From Gilvibacter sediminis (GTDB taxonomy: Bacteria > Bacteroidota > Bacteroidia > Flavobacteriales > Flavobacteriaceae), in contig NZ_JAQQTE010000001.1 in assembly GCF_028561565.1 (NCBI RefSeq), positions 230,005 through 294,004 of the forward strand: DNA of 64,000 nucleotides. The letters run 5' to 3'. Shown here in pieces: positions 41,289 through 50,720 of this stretch. Position numbers and translations under genes: made by a program. The first letter of the stretch is position 1. Every line of letters begins with the position of its first letter. The notes under the pieces are model-generated. The model was not told the DNA's origin and searched no databases. It saw only the letters and a program-made list of their open reading frames with translations.

Positions 41289-41430
41289 CTAGAACCCTCA
41301 TCTAGCGCGTCTACCATTTCCGCCATTCTGCCACAGGCAGAAGCAGGACTCGAACCTGCACATTTTAACAAGCACTCTATCCAAACTGAGTTACACCATT
41401 TTAAGCGGTGGTCGGATTTGAACCGACGAC
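41289..41430 (-). other. Cluster of tRNA-like fragments: tRNA-Leu-like 5' half, adjoining T-arm/3'-acceptor fragment, and a second orphan T-arm/acceptor
   Basis: Minus strand reads GCAGGTTCGAGTCCTGC-TTCTGCC-TGT-GGCAGAA-TGGCGGAAATGGTAGACGCGCTAGATGAGGGTTCTAG; a second GTCGGTTCAAATCCGAC-CACCGCT lies upstream; no complete cloverleaf could be folded. Confidence 0.4.
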
Positions 41431-41566
41431 ATCTTGCGTTCTAGAGATATGTTTTGGCTTCTCTCCAAAGCCTTCCAGTCAAGCTGCATATACCTAAAGA
41501 ATACCATAGAGGCAATTAAGCATACAAGGGTGCTGTACAGAAACACCTCACAGGGCTTGCTCGATG

Positions 41567-41638
41567 TGGAATTCACACGGGTCGAACGTGTATCTCTCCG
41601 GATTCAGCGGAGCGCATAACCTCTTCTGCCAGAATTCC
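41567..41638 (-). tRNA. tRNA-Phe (anticodon GAA), slightly atypical
   Basis: Folds by hand: acceptor GGAATTC/GAATTCC, anticodon arm CTCCG-CTGAATC-CGGAG, T arm ACACG-TTCGACC-CGTGT; weak D stem and T at position 37. Confidence 0.55.
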
Positions 41639-41640
41639 AA

Positions 41641-41711
41641 TTAACTCGCGAAGATTCGAACTTCGATCTCCGGATTCAAAGTCCGGAATGTTGCCATTAC
41701 ACCACAAGTCA
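41641..41711 (-). tRNA. tRNA-Gln (anticodon TTG)
   Basis: U1:A72 acceptor TGACTTG/CGAGTTA, anticodon arm CCGGA-CTTTGAA-TCCGG, T arm CGAAG-TTCGAAT-CTTCG. Confidence 0.75.
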
Positions 41712-41717
41712 AGGTCG

Positions 41718-41790
41718 CAGTACTGATGGGACTCGAACCCATACCCTCCCGGGCGACAACCGGGCGCTCTAGCCTTTGAGCCACAGTACT
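41718..41790 (-). tRNA. tRNA-Asp (anticodon GTC)
   Basis: Acceptor AGTACTG/CAGTACT, D arm GCTC..GAGC, anticodon arm CCCGG-TTGTCGC-CCGGG, T arm ATGGG-TTCGAGT-CCCAT. Confidence 0.8.
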
Positions 41791-41795
41791 GTTTG

Positions 41796-41880
41796 TGGAA
41801 GTGGGTAGAGTCGAACTACCTCAGTCGCGATGACAGGAGTTTTACAAACTCCCACGGCTCTCCAAGGCCGTCGCACTTCC
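41796..41880 (-). tRNA. tRNA-Tyr (anticodon GTA), long variable arm
   Basis: Acceptor GGAAGTG/CACTTCC, anticodon arm GGAGT-TTGTAAA-ACTCC, variable arm TGTCATCGCGACTGA similar to E. coli tRNA-Tyr, T arm GGTAG-TTCGACT-CTACC. Confidence 0.8.
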
Positions 41881-41885
41881 AAATA

Positions 41886-41912
41886 CCGCTCCTTGTGGAG
41901 CGGGTTTTATTT
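41886..41912. terminator. Hairpin terminator downstream of the tRNA array and TPR gene
   Basis: CCGCTCC-TTGTG-GAGCGG followed by TTTTATTT. Confidence 0.6.
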
Positions 41913-42449
41913 GTTAGATTTCTTCTTTTTGTTTTTTCTCTTTTTCTTCTTTTTTGTCTTTGTCTTGACTTTGGGTTGCTTGTCCTTAACGCGGGCAATT
42001 TCATTATCCACTTGACTGCGGAAGTTGTTGCTCACGCTCAACTTCTTGGCGCGCTTATAGGCCTTCTTTGCCTGTTTGAAGTCGGCCTCAAATTCCATGA
42101 TCAAGCCTTCTAGATAACACAAATAAGCACGATCCACACCCTTTTGGGTTTGAGCGAATTCAAGCAAGCGTTTGGCCTGCTGATATTCCTCGTTGTTTAT
42201 TAAGAGCTGTGCGTAGTAGACATAGACTCTTGGCATGGTCAAATTTTGAGCTAAGGCAGCATCATAATAATGCTTGGCCGTTTCAAAATCCTGCAACTGC
42301 TCGCTGTAAAAGCGACCCATTAAAAAGAGTGCCTCTGCATTCTCTGGCTCATAAGACAGTGCGTATTCCAGCGCTTCCATTGCCTCTTGCAGCTCATAAG
42401 GATAAGCGTCCAAAGCTTTTAACAAATACATGTTTTGCTTTGTTTCCAT
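41907..42449 (-). CDS. TPR-repeat protein with C-terminal poly-lysine tail
   Basis: TPR-like helices (YYDAALAQN.., AEALFLMGRFY..), C-terminal KTKTKKKKKRKNKKKKSNK. Confidence 0.55.
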   Translation of the reverse strand: METKQNMYLLKALDAYPYELQEAMEALEYALSYEPENAEALFLMGRFYSEQLQDFETAKHYYDAALAQNLTMPRVYVYYAQLLINNEEYQQAKRLLEFAQTQKGVDRAYLCYLEGLIMEFEADFKQAKKAYKRAKKLSVSNNFRSQVDNEIARVKDKQPKVKTKTKKKKKRKNKKKKSNK

Positions 42450-42936
42450 TACGGTAAAAGAACTTTTGCTCGGGCCATAAGGCCTAGCGTTTAACTTGCC
42501 GCAACGGGGATCAAATGTAAAAAGGGAATGAAATCCGAAGCGGGTTTAATGTGGCTTCGGATCTTTCATAGGTGAGTTAGCTATAAAATATCACGAAGCG
42601 AGTCTTAATTGTTAGCGGTGACAGCTCCCCTGCCACTGTGCTAAAGTCATAAAGTAGATTGCTCTGCATCGTTTATTATTTATTAATTACTAATTGCAAT
42701 TCTACTGTTGAGAACTGTGCTGCAAAGATGCAACTTGTTTTGTGAACTCCAAATAAAAATTGAATTTATTTTGTTGATTATCAATTAGTTACATTTATTT
42801 TTGATATAGGAGTTCCCTGTCCGCTTTTGGCGGATTATCGGGAGTTAGTTTTAAGTTTTTTACTATCAATTACTTATGGTCTACACTCCCCAAAACGGGT
42901 TCAAATTTTTTGTCATACTATTCGATTAAAAAAATT

Positions 42937-42975
42937 CAAAAAAAAAGCGCCCAATTACTTGGGCGCCCTATTGTA
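42937..42975 (-). terminator. Strong rho-independent terminator (minus strand)
   Basis: Minus strand GGGCGCCCAAGTAATTGGGCGC followed by T9. Confidence 0.7.
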
Positions 42976-43239
42976 CATGCATTAAAATGCGAATTTTCTC
43001 GGTCTAAAAATGTACATAGCACCCCTTGCGGATCAGCCAAAACTGCTCTGAACCGTCTATGATCATAGGATAACGTCCTACGGGTTTGCTATGTAATGTG
43101 TTTTTCAACATGCGGCAAAAATGCGTTTTAATTTTCAGTTACACAAGTGCTTATGGCCTTTTCGTTTTAAACGGTAGTGCTTCAAAGCTCGCTTCAAAAG
43201 GTTTTCGTTTTAACTTTCATGCTACAGATTTATAAAAAC

Positions 43240-43268
43240 AGGCAGCCCGTAGGCTGCCCGAAAAAGCT
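43240..43268 (-). terminator. Rho-independent terminator of ssb (minus strand)
   Basis: Minus strand CGGGCAGCC-TACG-GGCTGCCTG followed by TTTTTAT. Confidence 0.7.
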
Positions 43269-43280
43269 TGAGGAGCTGAT

Positions 43281-43616
43281 TTATCCTTTCCCCAAGAGCA
43301 GTAGCTCGTTGACCATCACTTCTGTGGTGTATCGCTTGTTTCCGTCTTTATCATCCCAAGAGCGGTTGCTGAGTTTTCCTTCTACAGCGATCTCTTGACC
43401 TTTGGATACATAATTCTCCACAATATTGACCAAACCCCCACGGACAATGATATTGTGCCATTGGGTACGCTCGATCTTTTGCCCTTGCTTGTCTTTATAG
43501 CTGTCATCTGTGGCTAAAGAGAATTTGGCCATCTTTCCGCCATCATCAAAGGTCAATACTTCTGGATCTTGTCCTAATCGTCCAATCAACTGTACTTTGT
43601 TTCTAAGTGCATTCAT
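43281..43616 (-). CDS. ssb: Single-stranded DNA-binding protein (short form, no acidic tail)
   Basis: OB-fold SSB signature (VQLIGRLGQDPEV...TQWHNIIV...YTTEVMVNEL); ends LLLLGKG without the DDDIPF tail. Confidence 0.8.
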   Translation of the reverse strand: MNALRNKVQLIGRLGQDPEVLTFDDGGKMAKFSLATDDSYKDKQGQKIERTQWHNIIVRGGLVNIVENYVSKGQEIAVEGKLSNRSWDDKDGNKRYTTEVMVNELLLLGKG

Positions 43617-43863
43617 AATAATTTGTTTTAAAGGTTAACAGTTAAGGCTATCGAACCGCTTTGATTCGACAGGGCAAACATAGATCGACCCCAAATAAAA
43701 AGTCGGTATGCTATCGTTTACAGTTGTTTGGAACGATTTGTAAACGATTGTTGTCGGGTCAACTTGATTTTTATAAATCCTGTTAGCAAAGTCAATCAAA
43801 GGGTGCTGTCCAAATTCAGAATTCATTACTTTTCAAATAGCTCCCTTAAAAACATCCAAAGCC

Positions 43864-44211
43864 ATGGAAAGAAATTGTTTGGAATGTGGAACCAAACTTC
43901 AAGGGAGGGTTGACAAGAAGTTTTGTGATGATGGTTGTAGAAACAACCACAACAATCGCCTCAACCGGGAGACTACCAACGCGATCCGAAACACCAATAA
44001 CAGCCTTAAACGAAACTGGCGTATTTTGAACAGTCTCAATCCGAAGCAAAAAAGTAAAACCACTCGTGGAAAATTGCTCGAACTGGGATTCAACTTCAAC
44101 CTTTACACCAGAATTTACACTACCAAAGCGGGTGCCGTCTACTATTTTGTGTACGACCAAGGGTATTTACCGCTGGAAAACGACTATTTTGCATTGGTAA
44201 AACGCGAATAA
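43864..44211 (+). CDS. Small zinc-ribbon protein (hypothetical)
   Basis: CLECGTKL...CDDGCRNNHNN N-terminal Cys4 ribbon. Confidence 0.4.
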   Translation: MERNCLECGTKLQGRVDKKFCDDGCRNNHNNRLNRETTNAIRNTNNSLKRNWRILNSLNPKQKSKTTRGKLLELGFNFNLYTRIYTTKAGAVYYFVYDQGYLPLENDYFALVKRE

Positions 44212-44220
44212 CCTAATCCT

Positions 44221-44904
44221 ATGAATGACGACTTTATTGTACCCTTAGCGATTTTCTTGGTCATTGGAATTGTCGTAGCGGTATCCACGTATTTAAGTAA
44301 TAAGAACAGGATCTTACGCGAACTCAAAAAAAGTCCATCCAAACCCATCAATACCGTCAAGGACAAGGAATATGTGCGTTTACACGGTACGGTTGAAGCC
44401 ATTAATGATCCCTTAATTGCGCCTTTAAGCAAACGCCCTTGTGTATACTATCACATCATTGTGGAGCGCAAGGGAGATAAGAGTTGGCACACGGTGATCA
44501 ACGATTTTAAATACAGTCCGTTCTACTTGGTCTCCGGTGGAGAAAAGGCTAAGATCAGGGCTCATGACAAAAGCGCACTGCTCTTCCATTTAGTGGTAGA
44601 TCACAATAAGCGCAGCGGTTGGTCCACCAACCCGTCACAGGCCATGACGCAATACCTCAAATCTCAAAATTACGACGGGCAGACCTGGTTGTTTAAATCC
44701 AACAAAACCCTTCGTTATAAAGAGGCCATATTACAAATTGGAGAAGATGTAGTTGTAAAAGGTAACGCCGAGTGGAAGCGCTTGGAGGAGCCTATTGAAG
44801 GCTTTAATTTTTCCAGGCTTTTGGAGCTAACAGGGAATTACAGACAACGCTTAATAGTTACTGACCTGCCCAAGGCACTTAAAACCCTACCCAAACGCAG
44901 ATAA
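44221..44904 (+). CDS. Membrane-anchored hypothetical protein (paralog 1)
   Basis: N-terminal TM helix, then RELKK.P..PI..VKD.EYV.L.GTV region shared with the next gene. Confidence 0.5.
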   Translation: MNDDFIVPLAIFLVIGIVVAVSTYLSNKNRILRELKKSPSKPINTVKDKEYVRLHGTVEAINDPLIAPLSKRPCVYYHIIVERKGDKSWHTVINDFKYSPFYLVSGGEKAKIRAHDKSALLFHLVVDHNKRSGWSTNPSQAMTQYLKSQNYDGQTWLFKSNKTLRYKEAILQIGEDVVVKGNAEWKRLEEPIEGFNFSRLLELTGNYRQRLIVTDLPKALKTLPKRR

Positions 44905-44918
44905 AAGTAATTAGCATT

Positions 44919-45584
44919 ATGCCTGTATATTACTGGATACCCATTGTACTTATTGTACTCTTCTTTGTTGTGATTTTAGTCATGCAGTTTTTCTACAATG
45001 AAAAAAAGGTCATACTACGTCAGCTCAAAAAAGAGGGCTTAACTCCATATGAACAGATCAAAGACGGTGACTATGTTTTTGTGAAAGGAACTGTGGACCC
45101 CAACAGTGGAGCTATTAATGCACCCATAAGCTCCGCAGCTTGTTGTCTCTTTAGTATGAAATCTTGGGTGATGGGTAATCAAGGGGAATCTATAGTTGCA
45201 CAGCGCAGTCAATGCACTCCATTTACTATGATCTGTGAAGGAAATACGATTGGCGTTAAAGCTCAAGACATGGGGCAAATCGAATACAATCTGATCAAGA
45301 AGCTAAGCACCAATCGTCTCGAAAACAAAGACCACAGTGAGCGAATAATAAGCTTTTTGAAGGAGCGAAATTTTCGCCTGACCAATCCGATCACCAAGCA
45401 AGAGCGTAATGTCTATTTTGAAGAACACCGACTAGACCTAAATGACAGTCTTATTGTGAAAGGCGTGGCCCGATGGACAACAGATTCTGAAGGTCAACCA
45501 AAACTCGAGCTGGAAGCAGAGCACAAAAAAAAGCTCCTAGTCACGAATGATTCAGAAGCTTTTCCAAAAAATAGTTCAAACTAA
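44919..45584 (+). CDS. Membrane-anchored hypothetical protein (paralog 2)
   Basis: Same architecture and shared motifs as 44221-44904 (RQLKKEGLTPYEQIKDGDYVFVKGTV). Confidence 0.5.
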   Translation: MPVYYWIPIVLIVLFFVVILVMQFFYNEKKVILRQLKKEGLTPYEQIKDGDYVFVKGTVDPNSGAINAPISSAACCLFSMKSWVMGNQGESIVAQRSQCTPFTMICEGNTIGVKAQDMGQIEYNLIKKLSTNRLENKDHSERIISFLKERNFRLTNPITKQERNVYFEEHRLDLNDSLIVKGVARWTTDSEGQPKLELEAEHKKKLLVTNDSEAFPKNSSN

Positions 45585-45585
45585 T

Positions 45586-46050
45586 TTATTTCCAGCTCTG
45601 CCCTTTCATTTGCAGTGCTGCCTTGAGCACATCTTTCTGACTGATCTGCCCGACTAATTTTCCGTTTTCCACTATTGGGAATCGACGGCGTTTTGAATTC
45701 ACAAATCGCTGCGCCGCATCAAAGACATTGAGATCACCATCAATGGTTTCAACATCTGTTGCCATATGCTGCTCTACGGTGATATTGTCCATAGGTTGAT
45801 TGTAATAACGAGATTCACTGATCTGCTTCATACAATCGCCCTCAGAAATAATCCCGACAAGCTCCCCTTTATCATTGACCACGGGACCTCCCGAGATCTT
45901 ATTCTTGATAAGGGTGTTCATTACCTCCAGCACCGGTTGATCGGGCCGAAAGGTGATTAGTTTACGAGTCATGTAGTCTGAAACACGAATGTTTTCAGCA
46001 GACCCTTTGATAGGTTTGGAGCGTCGTCCTACGTAACTTTTAATGGCCAT
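45586..46050 (-). CDS. CBS-domain pair protein
   Basis: Two CBS motifs (GGPVVNDKGELVGIISEGD.., FPIVENGKLVGQISQKD). Confidence 0.75.
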   Translation of the reverse strand: MAIKSYVGRRSKPIKGSAENIRVSDYMTRKLITFRPDQPVLEVMNTLIKNKISGGPVVNDKGELVGIISEGDCMKQISESRYYNQPMDNITVEQHMATDVETIDGDLNVFDAAQRFVNSKRRRFPIVENGKLVGQISQKDVLKAALQMKGQSWK

Positions 46051-46190
46051 GATCTTACTGTTTTACCCTAATATACAATTATTTACGCAATTAGGCTTAC
46101 GGGAAAGCAGCAATCGGATGAAACCAAATAATTATCTTAATTTTAAGCAATGCGGTAAAAATTCACCGCAGGACCACTTAAACTTTACGG

Positions 46191-48530
46191 ATGAAAAGAA
46201 CTTCCCACCTGCTGTCCTTACTGCTCATTATTGGTTTGGTTTGGTACAGTTTCTACAGCCTGATGCCCACAAAAATATCTGATGAATCTGCTCCAGAGAC
46301 CGAATTTTCCACAGCCCGAGCCTTAGTGCATTTAGAAGAAATTGCTGCTGAACCCCACTATTTGGGTTCCGAAGCACACAACAAAGTCCGTGAATACATT
46401 AGCCAGCAACTTGCCGCAATGGGCCTTGAGGTAAGCATTCAAGAAGCCTATGATCTAAACCAAAATTGGGGGCAATTGGTAAAGCCCAAGAATATTTTGG
46501 CGCGTATCAAAGGAAGTGAAGATGGCAAGTCTTTAGTGCTGCTCTCTCATTATGACAGTGCTCAAAGTTACAGCCATGGGGCCAGTGATGCCGGCTCTGG
46601 AGTCGTAACGATTATGGAAAGCGTTCGCGCGTATTTGGCCAGTGGTAAGACACCCAAAAACGATATTATTATCTGTATTACGGATTCAGAAGAATTAGGC
46701 CTTAACGGAGCCTCCACCTTTGTCAATCAACATCCCTGGGCTAAAAATGTTGGCCTGGTGCTCAACTTTGAAGCCCGAGGCAGCGGCGGTCCTTCCAATA
46801 TGATCGTAGAGACCAATGGCGGGAATCGCAACTTGATCAAAGCCTTTGCGGAAGCCAATCCTGATTTCCCTGTGGCCAGTTCTTTGATGTATAGCATATA
46901 TAAGATGCTTCCCAACGATACAGACAGCACCGTGTTTAGAGAAGATGGAGACATAGACAGTTTCTTTTTTGCCTTTATTGATGATCATTACGACTATCAC
47001 ACGGTCAACGACAATTATGAGAATCTGGATCGTAATTCACTAGAGCACCAAGGCTCCTATTTGATGCCGCTATTAACCTATTTTGCTGAGGCCGATCTCG
47101 GCAGTTTAAAGGCTGAGGAGGATCACGTCTATGTGAATTTACCTTTGGTGGATTTTATCAATTACCCCTTCTCTTGGATCCTGCCCATGGTATTGATCGG
47201 GTGGTTCGCCTTTTTAGGTTTGCTGCTTTGGGGAACTAAAAAGAAAGCGCTTAAAGGTAAAGAATGGGGCAAGGCCGGTGGCGTGTTTTTGCTCTCGCTG
47301 ATCGTATCCGCTCTATTGACCCACGGAATGATGTGGCTGCTCTACAAGGTGTATCCGCAGTACGGAGAGATCCAACACGGATTTACCTATAACGGTCATT
47401 ATTATATCGTAGCCTTTGTCATGCTGACCTTAGCGGTTTATTTTGGACTATACAGTCGCTTTTGCGCGACTATTTCTCGCGCCAATTTGATGGTAGTCCC
47501 TTTATTGCTTTGGATGATTGTCAACACTGCAGTTGCCCTTTATTTGCCAGGCGCTGCCTACTTTATCATTCCTGTTTACTTCGGATTCTTCATCTTGGGC
47601 TACTTGATCAAGGCTCCAGAGGCCAATCCACTGCTAATTGCAATCCTTTCTGCACCCGCAGTGCTTATGTTTAGTCCTTTGGTGCAATTCTTCCCGGTGG
47701 GATTAGGTCTGGAAATGTTGGTGGCCAGTGTGGTTTTCACAGGCCTACTTTTTGGACTCATCGCCTCTGTGACGGGAGCTTTTCCGTTCAATAAATACCT
47801 GTGGAAGGTCAGTTTGTTTTTCTTGCTGATCTTTTTAATTGCGGCCCATACGCAAAGCAGTTGGTCTGAGGAAAGACCCAAACCGAATTCCCTGGTTTAC
47901 TATCAAGACAATGATGATCAGCGTGCCTTTATGCTCACTTATGACGGCATGTTAGATGATTGGACGCGTGCTGTGCTTGGTGAAGCTCCAGTGGCAGCTG
48001 ATTCTCTGGTAAGCTCTGTAGCAGGAAGCAAGTACAATACCGGCTACACCTATGGAACCAGTTTTGATAATAAAAGGATCCCGAGTCTTCAAGGTACACT
48101 GACAGCAGACACTACAGTTGCAAATCGCTATACACTGACCTTGATACCTAAGCGCAAGATCAATCGTATTGCCATTTATGCCGATACTTCTTATCACTTT
48201 AAAGCTCTTGCCTACAATGAGCAAACGGTCAAGCCAGACAGCACAGGCTATATTTGGAGCAAGCGCAGATCCAATTTTATGGGACGTTATCACATCACCG
48301 ATAGCGACCCACTTACCATAGATTTTGAAACAGATTCTGAGACCATGCCGGTCTTTAAATTCCTGTCCTATTCTTATGATCTATTGAGTCGGGATGAATT
48401 CGATATTCCCGAGCGCAGCGCGGAGATGATCCCCTCGCCCTTTGTGGTCAAAGATGCTATCGTCACCAAAGACGTCTTTAGAACTAGCGAGCTAAAACAA
48501 GTCGTCCAAGACACCATCAGACTGGAATAA
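46191..48530 (+). CDS. M28-family peptidase fused to a multi-TM domain
   Basis: M28 zinc ligand regions (LLSHYDSAQ, GASDAGSG, DSEELGLNGA, NFEARGSGG) then 8 or more TM helices and a C-terminal extracellular domain. Confidence 0.75.
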   Translation: MKRTSHLLSLLLIIGLVWYSFYSLMPTKISDESAPETEFSTARALVHLEEIAAEPHYLGSEAHNKVREYISQQLAAMGLEVSIQEAYDLNQNWGQLVKPKNILARIKGSEDGKSLVLLSHYDSAQSYSHGASDAGSGVVTIMESVRAYLASGKTPKNDIIICITDSEELGLNGASTFVNQHPWAKNVGLVLNFEARGSGGPSNMIVETNGGNRNLIKAFAEANPDFPVASSLMYSIYKMLPNDTDSTVFREDGDIDSFFFAFIDDHYDYHTVNDNYENLDRNSLEHQGSYLMPLLTYFAEADLGSLKAEEDHVYVNLPLVDFINYPFSWILPMVLIGWFAFLGLLLWGTKKKALKGKEWGKAGGVFLLSLIVSALLTHGMMWLLYKVYPQYGEIQHGFTYNGHYYIVAFVMLTLAVYFGLYSRFCATISRANLMVVPLLLWMIVNTAVALYLPGAAYFIIPVYFGFFILGYLIKAPEANPLLIAILSAPAVLMFSPLVQFFPVGLGLEMLVASVVFTGLLFGLIASVTGAFPFNKYLWKVSLFFLLIFLIAAHTQSSWSEERPKPNSLVYYQDNDDQRAFMLTYDGMLDDWTRAVLGEAPVAADSLVSSVAGSKYNTGYTYGTSFDNKRIPSLQGTLTADTTVANRYTLTLIPKRKINRIAIYADTSYHFKALAYNEQTVKPDSTGYIWSKRRSNFMGRYHITDSDPLTIDFETDSETMPVFKFLSYSYDLLSRDEFDIPERSAEMIPSPFVVKDAIVTKDVFRTSELKQVVQDTIRLE

Positions 48531-48579
48531 AAAAAGGCCTTCCCAGTGGAAGGCCTTCTGTTTTTTATCGCTTTAAGTA

Positions 48580-50643
48580 TTACCAAATACGAACGCGCTC
48601 TTCTGGAGCCAGCCACATACCGTCTCCTTCCTTGATATCAAAGGCTTCGTAAAAAGCATCGATATTCAATAGCGGTTGTGTTGCACGGTAACGCCCTGGC
48701 GAGTGAGGATCTGTGAGTACTTGTGTACGCAATGCCTCATCCTTAGCCAAAGTACGCCATACCGTTGCCCAAGACATAAAGAAACGTTGTTCTGGAGTGA
48801 AACCGTCAATGTTCTCTGGACGTCCGTTCTTTTCAAAATACATTTGAAGTCCGTCATAAGCGCCCAATACACCTCCAAGGTCACCAATATTCTCTCCAAG
48901 AGTAAAGGCTCCGTTGATGTATACAGAATCTACTACCTCGATCTTGCTGTACTGGTCTGCCAAAGCTTTTCCGCGAGCGGTGAATTGCTCCAAGTCTGCA
49001 GCCGTCCACCAGTTCACTGCGTTTCCGTCGCCGTCAAAACGCGCTCCAGAATCATCAAAAGCATGAGAGATCTCATGACCGATCACCGCTCCAATACCAC
49101 CATAGTTTACAGCATCATCTGCTAAATAATCATAGAAAGGAGGTTGAAGAATAGCAGCTGGGAACACGATCTCGTTATTCAGTGGGTTGAAGTAAGCGTT
49201 GACGATCTGTGGCGCCATACCCCACTCCCCGCGATCTACCGGTTGGTAGATATCGGCAAGGTTCTTTTTGGTAGCCCAATCGTTCACAGCGATCATATTG
49301 GCAAAGTATCCGTTGTCTTCTGTAATTGCCAAATCTGAGTAGTCTTCCCACTCATCTGGATATCCGATCTTCACAGTAAACTTATCCAGTTTCTCCACTG
49401 CTTTTAGCTTGGTGCTATCACTCATCCATTCCAAGTTCTTCACACGTTGCTTGTAGGCAGAGATCACATTTCCGATCATTTCCTCAGCCTTAGCCTTTGC
49501 TTCTGGTGGGAATTTCGCATCTACATAAAGCTTTCCAAGCGCCTCTCCAACATTGTTATTCACCGTTGCCAAAGCACGCTCTTTAGGATCGCGTTGTTTT
49601 TTAGTATCTCTCAAGTACTTAGAATAGAACTCCCAGTTGGTGTACTCGATCTCTGTGGTCAACATATTGGCTGAATTGTTCAGCGTTGTCCACTTCACCA
49701 AGGTCTTGATATCCTCAATAGGAGTAGTCTTTAAGAAATCTTGCAGAGCCGCCATATAGTCAAGATCCAAAACGATCAAACTCTCGATCTGTACAGGCAC
49801 TTCCATATCCTTCATGAGTTTGTCCATATTGATCGCCGGTACCATGGCTTGCAATTCTGCAAAAGTGCGTGGATTGTTCAATTTGCGAACATCACGACTC
49901 TCCACCTTGTCAAGTTTTGGCTCTTCCAATTGCGTCTCCATTGCCAAGATCTTTTCTGCGGCGGCAGTAGCAGTAGCCTCATCGTCTCCAACATACTGTA
50001 GCATCTTTACAATGAATTTCTTGTACTCTTCACGGATCTCTTTGGATTTCTCATCCTGCAACAAATAGTAATCACGATCTGGCAATCCAGTTCCTCCAGG
50101 GCTTACATAGAAAGTGTTCATGGAAGAATCGTTGAAATCTCCAAAGGCTTGCATTCCCAAGAAAGGAGCGCTTACCGCCGAATTCGTAGCCAAAACCGTT
50201 TGCAATTCCGTTAGGTTAGTAATGCTGTTAATAGCATCCAAAGCAGGCTGTAGTGGTGTGATTCCTGCAGCATCACGAGCTACAGTATCCAATTTAGATT
50301 CAAACAAAAAGATCGCCTTGGCCTGATCGGTCTCTGGAGCATACTTTCCAGATTCTTTGGCTTCTGCGATCAATTCTAAAACATCTGCATCCGTACTCTT
50401 ACGCAACACGCTGAATCCACCCCAAGTAGAGCGATCTCCAGGAATCTCCGTTTCCTTGAGCCAGGTTCCGTTTACATAATTGTAGAAGTCATTTTTTGGT
50501 GACACCGTAGTGTCCATATTGGCCAGAATGATGCCGCGAGGTTCGTCATCTTTCTGCGCCATATCGTTTTCGTTTTTACACGAACTAACCAACAGAATGC
50601 TCGCAAAAGCACCCATAGAGGCTAGCAAATACATACGCTTCAT
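48580..50643 (-). CDS. M13-family (neprilysin/PepO-like) zinc metallopeptidase lipoprotein
   Basis: HEISHAFDD zinc motif, GENIGDLGG, NAYFNP; signal peptide with lipobox VSSC. Confidence 0.9.
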   Translation of the reverse strand: MKRMYLLASMGAFASILLVSSCKNENDMAQKDDEPRGIILANMDTTVSPKNDFYNYVNGTWLKETEIPGDRSTWGGFSVLRKSTDADVLELIAEAKESGKYAPETDQAKAIFLFESKLDTVARDAAGITPLQPALDAINSITNLTELQTVLATNSAVSAPFLGMQAFGDFNDSSMNTFYVSPGGTGLPDRDYYLLQDEKSKEIREEYKKFIVKMLQYVGDDEATATAAAEKILAMETQLEEPKLDKVESRDVRKLNNPRTFAELQAMVPAINMDKLMKDMEVPVQIESLIVLDLDYMAALQDFLKTTPIEDIKTLVKWTTLNNSANMLTTEIEYTNWEFYSKYLRDTKKQRDPKERALATVNNNVGEALGKLYVDAKFPPEAKAKAEEMIGNVISAYKQRVKNLEWMSDSTKLKAVEKLDKFTVKIGYPDEWEDYSDLAITEDNGYFANMIAVNDWATKKNLADIYQPVDRGEWGMAPQIVNAYFNPLNNEIVFPAAILQPPFYDYLADDAVNYGGIGAVIGHEISHAFDDSGARFDGDGNAVNWWTAADLEQFTARGKALADQYSKIEVVDSVYINGAFTLGENIGDLGGVLGAYDGLQMYFEKNGRPENIDGFTPEQRFFMSWATVWRTLAKDEALRTQVLTDPHSPGRYRATQPLLNIDAFYEAFDIKEGDGMWLAPEERVRIW

Positions 50644-50720
50644 AGAAGTTATTTTAATGATTTGTTCTTAGTTTGTGGATATAAGACCGTTTTCAGCGAA
50701 AAACGTTACAGGTTTTTCAA

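Noticed and set aside
41290-41790. Possibility that the orphan T-arm/acceptor pieces are the ends of a (permuted) tmRNA
   Set aside because: A one-piece tmRNA would have to span the four intact tRNA genes. The segment after GGCAGAA folds as a full tRNA-Leu-like D and anticodon arm rather than a tmRNA D-analogue. No tag-peptide reading frame (…YALAA-stop) could be found.
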